NCBI GenBank assembly: GCA_038046765.1
Contig: JBBSVN010000004.1
Location: 130,844 to 194,843, forward strand
Direction: 5' to 3'
DNA: 64,000 bases
From: Candidatus Micrarchaeota archaeon
Lineage (GTDB): Archaea; Micrarchaeota; Micrarchaeia; Anstonellales; Bilamarchaeaceae
Shown in pieces: positions 8,402 to 17,221 of this stretch. The notes under the pieces were generated by a model, which was given only the letters and a program-made list of their open reading frames with translations, was not told where the DNA came from and did not search any database. A program made the position numbers and the translations under genes. Positions within the stretch are counted from its first letter, which is position 1. Every line of letters starts with the position of its first letter.

Positions 8402-9712
8402 CTAAGAAGAAAGCGAATAATAAACAGACTTTCCCCGCCTGTGCATAAACAAATAACCCATTTTAACAAGACCAGACAAATCATCCCGAGCCGTTCTTTC
8501 CTTTACCTTAAATTCCTTCTTATAGTAAGAGGTACTTAATTCCTTTTTGTTCGCTAGCTCTAGTGCCTTTTGCTGACGGGAATTTAGTTCAGGTTTGGTG
8601 TTAAAAATCCTTAGGATAGTAAACTCTCCCTGCTCTGTATATTCAGGCTCTTTTAGCCCCCACTCTTTGCACTGATTAAATATCTTAGTTGTACCAGTAC
8701 CAAATTGCTCAACATATCCGCATTTATACGCAGTCTTTGCAATAAGCTCATTTCGCGGTTTTGACGCATGTTCTGGTTTTTTTAATTCCTCAACAGTAAC
8801 ACCTTGCGGAAGTAGACCTGGATTTTTTATCTCTATATAATTTTCCTTAATTGAAAGATAGCAGGCACTTGAGGAAAAAAAATCCCGATGAATTATCGAA
8901 TTTATTATAGCCTCGCGAATTGCTTCAACAGGATATTCATATGTTAATTCTCTTCGTGTGCCGATTATTTTAGAAGAAGCGCGAATATTAGATAATAAGT
9001 AAGAATAGACATAATCAATCATATCAAACAGATTACCTTCTATTAGTTTAAGATCTAAAAATTCCGAACCTTTTAAGACCGCGCAGCGAAAGGAAAAATT
9101 AGTAAAGTATTTCTGTGGATTTTTTCCAAAACATATTACAGCCGCATTCTTTAATTTGCCGTTTAGCATTTCAAGATTTTTAAGCACGGATTCTGCGCTA
9201 CCATTTATCTGCATATTTCTCTGTTTCCTTGCTCTATCAATAAAAGTTAGGATTGCATTATCATCTATTTCCGATATTTGTGCGACAGAAGATTGCTTAT
9301 CAAAGGCAATTCTTTCCCAGTTTCTTTTTATAACCAAAGTATCAATTTCACTTCTACTTAGTTTCATATTAGACTTTCCAACCCGCCTGTATGCAATGCC
9401 TTTAGCAAGGTATGGTTTATCAAACCCTTCCTTAACAGATATTTTTATTATGCCCTTATCTAGTTCAATGTATTCGGATATAATATCTGGAAAAATTTTT
9501 GGGTCGGTATTCTCCACGATTATTTTTGTCAGGTTTTCAATCGTATTTTTTCCTATTGAAAGCGGCTTAAGTTTGCCCTCATCACTTACTCCTATAAATA
9601 TTTCTCCACCTTTATGATTTGAAAAAGCAGCAACACACTGGATTATCGCATCCTGGTCGCTAAGACTTTCCTTAAATTCGACAGTTTCACTTTCATTTTT
9701 AGGTATATCCAT
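8402..9712 (-). CDS. AlbA_2 (Schlafen-like) + HATPase_c_4 + winged-HTH protein (often annotated RecG-like/transcriptional regulator)
   Basis: ESETVEFKES, AFSNHKGGEIFIGVSDEG, REAIINSIIHRDF, IKNPGLL, RNELIA, EQFGTG, C-terminal ERTARDDLSGLVKMG. Confidence 0.9.
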   Translation of the reverse strand: MDIPKNESETVEFKESLSDQDAIIQCVAAFSNHKGGEIFIGVSDEGKLKPLSIGKNTIENLTKIIVENTDPKIFPDIISEYIELDKGIIKISVKEGFDKPYLAKGIAYRRVGKSNMKLSRSEIDTLVIKRNWERIAFDKQSSVAQISEIDDNAILTFIDRARKQRNMQINGSAESVLKNLEMLNGKLKNAAVICFGKNPQKYFTNFSFRCAVLKGSEFLDLKLIEGNLFDMIDYVYSYLLSNIRASSKIIGTRRELTYEYPVEAIREAIINSIIHRDFFSSSACYLSIKENYIEIKNPGLLPQGVTVEELKKPEHASKPRNELIAKTAYKCGYVEQFGTGTTKIFNQCKEWGLKEPEYTEQGEFTILRIFNTKPELNSRQQKALELANKKELSTSYYKKEFKVKERTARDDLSGLVKMGYLFMHRRGKSVYYSLSS

Positions 9713-9745
9713 AGTATTAATTTGATAAAAAGAATTTATAAAGAT

Positions 9746-9798
9746 ATCGGCAGAACATCGGCACGACCTAATTCTGCCGCTATGTTGCCGATGTTTTT
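9746..9798. repeat. 53-bp palindromic direct repeat, copy upstream of AlbA_2 gene 1, next to its TATA box
   Basis: 49/53 identical to 8349-8401; TTTATAAA at 9735-9742. Confidence 0.92.
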
Positions 9799-9806
9799 TA
9801 TAAGAT

Positions 9807-11702
9807 TTATCGTAGCCTTAGTGATTCCAAATTCTGCATCGCTAAACCATTTCGTCTTAACATCATCGCAGCAGCATTGGCTAATTCTTCAGTCTTACTC
9901 CAGTCCCCGTGCATTGTTAAAACATTATCCGGAGTTGGTCTTAAATTTCTTAAATATGCCATTAACTGCGGTCGATCAGAATGACCAGAATATCCTTCAG
10001 CAGTCTTAACCTGCATCTTGATATTAAGAACTTTCATACGCCCGTCATCTCCCATTACAGGAATTTCTTTCATACCCTGCTGCAACTTGTTTCCTAAAGA
10101 TAATGCGCTTTGATAACCAACAAAAATAATCGTATTCTTTTCATCTTCAGCCATTAATTGGAAATATTCGTAACTTGGCCCCCCATTAAGCATACCAGAT
10201 GGAGCTAAAATGATGCAAGGATCACCGTTTACGATAGTTTCCTTATCTGTTCCTTTTGCAACTTTTACCATCGGAGATTCAAAAGGCGAATTATTGCTTA
10301 GTATTCTTCTTTGTAATTGTTCTCGCATATATTCTGGGTAAGCAGTATGGATGGCACTAGCTTCAAGTACCATTCCGTCAATGTATACGGGAATATTAAA
10401 GTCTGGATTTCTTCGATAAAATTCTTCTAAAACAAGTAAAATTTCCTGAGCTCTTCCAACTGCAAAAACAGGAATAAGAACTTTTCCTTTTCTTTTTATT
10501 GTTTCGTTAATCATATCAAAGAGCCTGCTTTCGGCATCGACCCGATTAAGACTTACGTCGTTTCGTCCACCATAAGTACTTTCCATTAAGATAGTTTCTA
10601 CTCTTGGGAAGTTTGTATTTGCTGGCTCGAATAATTTTGTAAACCCATATTTTATATCTCCAGTAAACACAAAATTATGCATCCCCTCCCCAATGTGAAG
10701 GTGAACACTTGCGCTTCCTAAAATGTGACCCGCATTATAAAAGGTCATTTTTACTTCAGGAGTAATATCGACAACTTCTTCATAGTCAACAGTTACAACA
10801 TGCCTTAATTCTTTTTGTATGTCTTTTTTATTATAAGGCGGCTCGACACCAAATGTGCGCTTTGTTAAATTAACGTAATCTTGTTGTAATAAAACCATTA
10901 TGTCACGGGTTGGCGGAGTACAATACACAGGACCCTCGTAACCATACTCATAAAGATATGGGACAAACCCCATATGATCAATGTGCCCATGACTAACAAC
11001 TACTGCGTCAAGTTCTTCAAACGGGAATCCCATCATGTTTAGATAAGGGTATGCTCTTGATGCATCTCCCGTTGCAGCATTAACACCGCAATCTAAAAGT
11101 ATTTTACTATTTGGAGTTTGAACTAGAATACAACTTCTTCCTACTTCTCTAAATCCACCTAAACCAACAATTCTTAGCCAATCGCTTGATGGATTAGGCT
11201 GGCAGATTTTTTTACCAATATTAAGGAGCATTTTCTTTCTTGCTTCACCATCTGCGATGATACTTTTTCGTATACCATCTAGAGTCGTACTAGGCATTGT
11301 TGGGGCTCTAACAGCTATAGGTGCCCATCCCGTTTTAAGAGTAATTTCTTTTAAGAGCATCCCGCCTTTTCCAATTACAAGACCAGGCTTTAAAGATTCT
11401 ATATGAACCTCGCTAAATTCAGGAGAAAAAAGTATACTTTTTATTTCAGCTTCCTTTGGAACAATCTGTTCAATAAATTGTTTAGCTTTTTCAACTTCCA
11501 TGAGTGAACCGGCTTCAACCCGGACAAGTACTTTCTTTTTTAACGAACTTGCCAATTCCTTAATTAGTGAATCATTAGCATAAAATGCTTGAATATTTTT
11601 TACGTAAATGACTGTAGATAAACCTTCAGGTTCTACTTTTGTAACACCGCATTCGCTTGGCATTATGTGCATAACTGTTTTTTCAATTTCTTTAAAGTGC
11701 AT
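9807..11702 (-). CDS. fttA: archaeal beta-CASP ribonuclease aCPSF1 (transcription termination factor FttA)
   Basis: KH domain KPGLVIGKGG, GGFREVGRSC, SHGHIDH, AGHILGS, MESTYGG, SGHSDR; adjacent to proteasome beta as usual in archaea. Confidence 0.95.
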   Translation of the reverse strand: MHFKEIEKTVMHIMPSECGVTKVEPEGLSTVIYVKNIQAFYANDSLIKELASSLKKKVLVRVEAGSLMEVEKAKQFIEQIVPKEAEIKSILFSPEFSEVHIESLKPGLVIGKGGMLLKEITLKTGWAPIAVRAPTMPSTTLDGIRKSIIADGEARKKMLLNIGKKICQPNPSSDWLRIVGLGGFREVGRSCILVQTPNSKILLDCGVNAATGDASRAYPYLNMMGFPFEELDAVVVSHGHIDHMGFVPYLYEYGYEGPVYCTPPTRDIMVLLQQDYVNLTKRTFGVEPPYNKKDIQKELRHVVTVDYEEVVDITPEVKMTFYNAGHILGSASVHLHIGEGMHNFVFTGDIKYGFTKLFEPANTNFPRVETILMESTYGGRNDVSLNRVDAESRLFDMINETIKRKGKVLIPVFAVGRAQEILLVLEEFYRRNPDFNIPVYIDGMVLEASAIHTAYPEYMREQLQRRILSNNSPFESPMVKVAKGTDKETIVNGDPCIILAPSGMLNGGPSYEYFQLMAEDEKNTIIFVGYQSALSLGNKLQQGMKEIPVMGDDGRMKVLNIKMQVKTAEGYSGHSDRPQLMAYLRNLRPTPDNVLTMHGDWSKTEELANAAAMMLRRNGLAMQNLESLRLR

Positions 11703-11825
11703 AAAACAACCTTTTTATTTGTATATTAATTTTTTATAGTGTGTAGTAATTTCTAAATTTCATAAGAAAAATAAAATAGAAAAAAAGTTTTGAAATAAAA
11801 TCAAAATAAAAAATAAATTATAGAT

Positions 11826-12479
11826 TTAGTTAGTATATTTAACTGCGATAAATAATTTTACATCCTCTTTTGAAAATCTTTTAAATCCCTGTTTTGTTAC
11901 AGTTATTAAATCTACCCTTTCACCGCTGGCAGCGTCTCTTCGCATTGCTGCGCTTACTGCCTTTGCTGCAACAGGTAAATTATCTTCAATCATTGCGTCT
12001 TCTTTTACGAGTTCTTCAAGAACACCGTATGCAATTGGAGATCCGCTTCCGGTCGAAGTGAATTTCTCTTCAGTAATCCCACCAAGCATATCAACACTGT
12101 ATAGCTTTGATTTTTCATCAAAACCCCCTATTAAGAGTTGTACATAAAATGGATAAAATTTATATTGAGCTAAAATATTTGCGAGCATGTTTGTTGCAGC
12201 TTCAACGGAAATTTTCTTGCTGTGCTTTAATTTGTAAAGCCTGCATTCGGCCTGCATCCACCTTATTAATTGTTGTGCATCGCCTACACCGCCAGCAATT
12301 GTCATTGAAATATGATCATCAATCGGATATATTTTATCAATATCCTTGCTTGCAATTAAGTAACCCATGGTAGCTCTTTTATCGCTTGCCATAATGATTC
12401 CATCCTTGCAGGATATGCCTACCGTAGTAGTTCCAGTCTTCATTGCTTTTTTCGTATCTATTTCATTTACGTTCTCCAT
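11826..12479 (-). CDS. psmB: proteasome subunit beta
   Basis: Propeptide followed by KTG/TTTVG, DKRATMG, GSGS, RDAASG. Confidence 0.96.
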   Translation of the reverse strand: MENVNEIDTKKAMKTGTTTVGISCKDGIIMASDKRATMGYLIASKDIDKIYPIDDHISMTIAGGVGDAQQLIRWMQAECRLYKLKHSKKISVEAATNMLANILAQYKFYPFYVQLLIGGFDEKSKLYSVDMLGGITEEKFTSTGSGSPIAYGVLEELVKEDAMIEDNLPVAAKAVSAAMRRDAASGERVDLITVTKQGFKRFSKEDVKLFIAVKYTN

Positions 12480-12588
12480 AAATAAAACCAGTGCTTTGGG
12501 ATTTTTATATAATAACTTCTTAAAGTAAGATATTAAATGTAAAGTTTATAAATGGCTATGATAAGAAAGAAAAATCCTTTGCAAATTA

Positions 12589-12936
12589 TTAATAACTCCC
12601 TAAATAAGGAACTCTTTCAACTAACGGCATAAAGATATATTTTCCACTTCGTTTAATTTCGCGCGCTAGTTTAGTTGCAGTTTCTTTATCTTCATCTTTC
12701 TTATATCTTACTTCTGGTTTTCCCATGCCAAATTCACGAACTACAACTTGGCACAAAATCTTGTCAGCGGTCAGTATATCAATATTAGCAAATTCAGATC
12801 CGCCCAAATCACTATTGAAAATAAATGGACTCCATTTCTTAATTGTTATATGGGTAGCTCCACTTGGTAAATGACTCTCGATTACTTTTGCAGTTGCAAT
12901 AACTCTTTTGTCAAAATTTAATGATCGTAATCCCAT
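12589..12936 (-). CDS. hypothetical protein
   Basis: 115-aa ORF with GGTGA SD. Confidence 0.6.
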   Translation of the reverse strand: MGLRSLNFDKRVIATAKVIESHLPSGATHITIKKWSPFIFNSDLGGSEFANIDILTADKILCQVVVREFGMGKPEVRYKKDEDKETATKLAREIKRSGKYIFMPLVERVPYLGSY

Positions 12937-13080
12937 AATTATTTCACCATAAATAGATAGGATAACTAAGCTTGGAACTCTTTTTAAATGTTTGTTTTAG
13001 TGTTTATGTTTGGTTACATGTTTATAAACTCTCCCACACATAATATATTTAGGTAGTACTGAAAATAAATTGGTGTTTTT

Positions 13081-13263
13081 ATGCTTGTTCAAAAAAGAGT
13101 AATTGCACATAATAACAATGTTGCGACTGTTAGGTTTAGATTGGCTAATGATAGAGATTACGAACTGACATATTTACAAGTAGACACGCTTAGTAGCGCA
13201 GATAGAAAAAGAATGATTCTACCACATAACTTAAAGGAGTTGTTTGCTGCCTTAGAGGTTTAA
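13081..13263 (+). CDS. small hypothetical protein
   Basis: 60-aa ORF with GGTG SD, first of a three-gene run. Confidence 0.5.
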   Translation: MLVQKRVIAHNNNVATVRFRLANDRDYELTYLQVDTLSSADRKRMILPHNLKELFAALEV

Positions 13264-13269
13264 CGATTT

Positions 13270-14256
13270 ATGAGTACAGTAACTGAAAAAATAAGAGAAA
13301 CTGCAGGACAAAGATTTCAAAGAATAATTAGGACTAATCCTCGTGCATTTGAGAAAAAAGCTTACCTAAAGTTAGAAGGACTGCACGTACTAGTTACTTC
13401 TCCTTTAAGATTAACACATGATGTTGCAATCCCATTAGCAATAAAAAAAGCAGAAGGAACGATCTTACTAATCGCTTACATGTCAGAATCACATGGATGC
13501 TGGAGAAGATTTGGTGGTTCTATTGGTTCATGGTACAATAAAGGAATAGATGAAAATTATCAGACTCTCGATTATAGGGTACAAAAACTTTTAGATAGAG
13601 TAAATCGGGAAAACGAACCAACAGAAATTAGTCTTGATGGAATACCTGTTGATCTAACTGATTTTGAAGTTGCAGCATTTATTGAAAGAAAACATAAGGA
13701 CAGAGTTAAAGAAGTAGAATTATTGCCTCTTGAAGCACAAACCCAAACTCAAATGAAGTTAGAAAAAATCGATATAGCAAGGCAATCAAATGAACCAACT
13801 AAATTTTTAGATCACTGGAAAAGCGGAAGAGATGATGATTACAAATATGCAGAACATTTAACTTTGGTGCTGGAATCAAAAGATGAACAAGTGTTATACA
13901 TCCTTGGTTTGACAAAAAGCGGAATGTTCGTAAAGAGCATTCAAAAGAAATCCGATGAAATAACGCTTTGTGGTTCACCTGCTACTTGCCTGGTTCCGGA
14001 TAAAAGTTGGATCCACAGCCCGATAATAGATTATGAAGGGCAGGAATACGAAGTAAGGGCAGCAGGACATAGCAAGGTAGAAATAAATGAAACTATTTTT
14101 GGAATGCGTAGAGCAAGAAGAGTTAGGATAAAGGGTATACACAGTTCAGAAGAAAGTCCATTTTATAGAATCGACCAGAGAATTACTCCAGTTTATAGAT
14201 TAATCGAAGAAGGAAAACTTGAAGAAGCGCAGATGTTTCTTGATAAGTTAGTTTAG
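13270..14256 (+). CDS. hypothetical protein, paralog of 14272-15393
   Basis: Shares AYxSES..WRRFGG, QTxDYR, PIIxYxGQE and GIHSS..SPFY with the next gene. Confidence 0.8.
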   Translation: MSTVTEKIRETAGQRFQRIIRTNPRAFEKKAYLKLEGLHVLVTSPLRLTHDVAIPLAIKKAEGTILLIAYMSESHGCWRRFGGSIGSWYNKGIDENYQTLDYRVQKLLDRVNRENEPTEISLDGIPVDLTDFEVAAFIERKHKDRVKEVELLPLEAQTQTQMKLEKIDIARQSNEPTKFLDHWKSGRDDDYKYAEHLTLVLESKDEQVLYILGLTKSGMFVKSIQKKSDEITLCGSPATCLVPDKSWIHSPIIDYEGQEYEVRAAGHSKVEINETIFGMRRARRVRIKGIHSSEESPFYRIDQRITPVYRLIEEGKLEEAQMFLDKLV

Positions 14257-14271
14257 AAAAAGTGATAACTC

Positions 14272-15393
14272 ATGACAATTGAAATTAAACTAAGAGATAC
14301 ACCTTTGATAAAACCAATTTCTCCAGACCTTAGATTAGGAAGATTTTCACAGGCAAGAATCCTTGAAGAAAGAAGAATTTTTAAGAGCGAAGCAGATGAA
14401 GTAGAATACGTAAGAGCTAGAATAGCTAAGATTGCAAAACAAAACCCGAAAGCATTTCGTAAAATAGCTTCGATTAAAATGGGTCAAACAAAAATTCAGG
14501 CAGGATCCCTCCTAAGATTATGTAGGGATATTGGAATTCCTTTAGTAATTACTCAAAATAATAGAACAATAACCGTAATGGCATATTTATCAGAATCCCA
14601 AGCCAGTTGGAGAAGATTTGGTGGGATTTATCTAGGAAAATATTATAAAGGCAGAAATGAACACTTTCAAACTTTTGATTATAGAATACAGAGATTTTTA
14701 GATGAACTTGCTAGCACTCGTCCGCATTTAGATATCCAATTAGATACAGAACCAGTTAGACTTAGCGAATTTCGAGTAACTACAATTAGACGCAAGGGAT
14801 CAACTAAAGACTCGATTTCTTGCATTTTATCAATAGAAATGGAAAATGATATTCAAAGGCCAATAAAATCAGAACAAATAAATTTGGATGATAGTGAAAA
14901 TTTACCTAAGAAAATTTCTGACTATTGGTGGAGTGGTGAAGAAGAAGGAATTTATGGTAAACATGTATCACTAGTTGTAGAATCAGAAAATGGAAAACAA
15001 ATATTTTTAGTTGCTGCAACCAGAGATGGTATGTTTGTTAAATCAATTGCGAAAAAAGAAACTCTAGAGGTTAATGAAGGCGGTTTGGTGATACCAGCAG
15101 TAGTACCTAAGCAAGAATGGATACTCACACCAATAATCGAATATGATGGTCAAGAAGCAGCAGTAGAAGCAGCCGGATTATCTAAAATAGATGTGAAAGA
15201 TACGCACGCAAGAATTCGAGCAAATAGGGTACGAATAAATGGTATCCACAGTTCCTCTAAAAGTCCATTTTATCAACTAGACAAAATTCTAACACCAATT
15301 TATTACCTTTTAGCAGAAGGCAAATACGAAGATGCCGAACTAGGATTAAGAAAAATAATGGGACTAGAAAAAAGAGATACGCTAATCGACTAA
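14272..15393 (+). CDS. hypothetical protein, paralog of 13270-14256
   Basis: Same conserved blocks as the previous gene. Confidence 0.8.
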   Translation: MTIEIKLRDTPLIKPISPDLRLGRFSQARILEERRIFKSEADEVEYVRARIAKIAKQNPKAFRKIASIKMGQTKIQAGSLLRLCRDIGIPLVITQNNRTITVMAYLSESQASWRRFGGIYLGKYYKGRNEHFQTFDYRIQRFLDELASTRPHLDIQLDTEPVRLSEFRVTTIRRKGSTKDSISCILSIEMENDIQRPIKSEQINLDDSENLPKKISDYWWSGEEEGIYGKHVSLVVESENGKQIFLVAATRDGMFVKSIAKKETLEVNEGGLVIPAVVPKQEWILTPIIEYDGQEAAVEAAGLSKIDVKDTHARIRANRVRINGIHSSSKSPFYQLDKILTPIYYLLAEGKYEDAELGLRKIMGLEKRDTLID

Positions 15394-15420
15394 CAAAATA
15401 AAATAAACAAAAAAAGTAAA

Positions 15421-15903
15421 TTAGTTCGTGCCAGATTTTATCTGACAAATCCTAATTCTTAAATCGCATCTTTGATTAACCATACATTGCGCATCAGTTG
15501 AACACGAATTTAATGCAAGTTTTTGATTATCTACCTGATTAGGATCAAACGGAGGAACGAACTGCGACTCGTTCGAACTAACAATATTGTAAATTGTTGA
15601 ATTTTGATTTGGAATTTGCAACGATGTATTTGTAGAATTCGATTGAACTATCGATCCGTTTGTAGTGGAATTAATCGAATTTGTTTTAGGAGCAGATATT
15701 TTTGAAGTAGTAGATGAAGGAACAGGTATTATCGTAGCCCCATTTGATATATTAGATGAATAGGTATTTTGTTTAGTCTGTTTTAAACCAGAAATAAGAT
15801 TAGTAATTATTCCCTTAAGTGTTCCTTCCTTAGCAGTAAACAGAATAAAAAATATCGCAAATAGAATAAATATTATTCCAAATGTGAGAATTACGGGTCT
15901 CAT
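15421..15903 (-). CDS. membrane-anchored Ser/Thr/Asn-rich protein with a C-terminal four-Cys module
   Basis: N-terminal TM; CSTDAQCMVNQRCDLRIRIC. Confidence 0.7.
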   Translation of the reverse strand: MRPVILTFGIIFILFAIFFILFTAKEGTLKGIITNLISGLKQTKQNTYSSNISNGATIIPVPSSTTSKISAPKTNSINSTTNGSIVQSNSTNTSLQIPNQNSTIYNIVSSNESQFVPPFDPNQVDNQKLALNSCSTDAQCMVNQRCDLRIRICQIKSGTN

Positions 15904-15986
15904 AGTAATTATATATTATAATAAGAAGAATAAATAAAGGGAACAGATACTCTAAATTTTTCTAAATCAGAACGTAAATCAGCAAA

Positions 15987-17081
15987 TTACATCGAACTAG
16001 TATCAGAACCCGGCGGTGATTTTTGATCTGATTTATCCTTTTTATCAGCACCTAGTGCAGACTTAATTTCCGATTTTTGATCATGCGAAAACGGTTTTCC
16101 ATCAATTAGAATTACCAGAGTATATTTCTGATCAAATACAATGTCAGGAATATCTGTGGTTTTATCCATATTAAAACTAAGGGGTAAAATACTATAACTT
16201 TTAATCAATTGTTCTGCTTCAATCTTCTTTTTTTCATCAACTGTGAAATAGTAGATAGCCACAGTGTGTTTTACAGCAGGAGCTTTTACTTGAATTGGAT
16301 TAGGGAATAGACGTTTATATTCTTGGGACACGTTGGCAAGTATTAAACGTCCACCAACACCAGCAGTAAAATTACCAGTAGAGAATTTTTCATACAAGAA
16401 AGCAACCCTTCTGTAGACGTCATTTGAAACAGAATCATTTTTAGGTAACAGTTTAGCTTGTTCAATTGACTTGACAAAAAGTTCTCTGCCAGAGTCGCCA
16501 AGTTCACTTCTTAAAAATGTTTCAGTGGCATCACCAAAACTGATTTTCATTTTAAGTTTGGTAAGAATTTTCTTTTCATCTTTTTTATCTGCAACTGCAG
16601 GTGTGGTACTTCCATCTTTTTCTGCAGCAGAATCAAGTGAGTATAGTCTAATGCGAGACAATATTTTATCTAAATTTTCTGCAACGATTATTCTTGCAAT
16701 ATTCAACCTTCCTGCCTCTGTTACTTCAAGACCAGTTACTTTGGCTAATTCCTCAGCAACAATTTTGGAAACCTCCTCGGCAATATCAGTATTCCTTTTA
16801 AACTTTAATAAAGAGTTTATTTTATCATTGGGAATCGTAACGTTCAATGAAACAAGTTTTATTACTGTTTTCTCTGGTCTTTTTGCGTCAGCAATTTTAG
16901 CATCGATAGATACATTAAAAGTAAGAATAAGATGAGTTGATTTTTGAGATACAACTACCTTGTTTGGATCAAACTCGGCTCGAGCATATTTTGAATGGAA
17001 TGTACCAAATGCAACAGTGGCAGCGATTAATGCGCTTGTAGCGACAGTTTTTAATCCAGAAGAATAAGATGTATGTTTCAT
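15987..17081 (-). CDS. hypothetical secreted protein
   Basis: Signal-peptide-like N-terminus ending ARA-E; 364 aa. Confidence 0.7.
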   Translation of the reverse strand: MKHTSYSSGLKTVATSALIAATVAFGTFHSKYARAEFDPNKVVVSQKSTHLILTFNVSIDAKIADAKRPEKTVIKLVSLNVTIPNDKINSLLKFKRNTDIAEEVSKIVAEELAKVTGLEVTEAGRLNIARIIVAENLDKILSRIRLYSLDSAAEKDGSTTPAVADKKDEKKILTKLKMKISFGDATETFLRSELGDSGRELFVKSIEQAKLLPKNDSVSNDVYRRVAFLYEKFSTGNFTAGVGGRLILANVSQEYKRLFPNPIQVKAPAVKHTVAIYYFTVDEKKKIEAEQLIKSYSILPLSFNMDKTTDIPDIVFDQKYTLVILIDGKPFSHDQKSEIKSALGADKKDKSDQKSPPGSDTSSM

Positions 17082-17221
17082 AATAATACATATACCGAAA
17101 CAGTTTATAAATGTTGCTTTTACTGCTCTTTACTAGTTATGCCATTTATAGAAACATTTAAATATTAGTTTTACACAAATAAACATTTAGAATAAGACTT
17201 TTTGATGATTTTGGTGAGTGT

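Noticed and set aside
13081..14256. Single gene broken by an in-frame TAA at 13261
   Set aside because: The downstream ATG has its own GAGGT SD, and the 60-aa part does not resemble the N-terminus of the paralog
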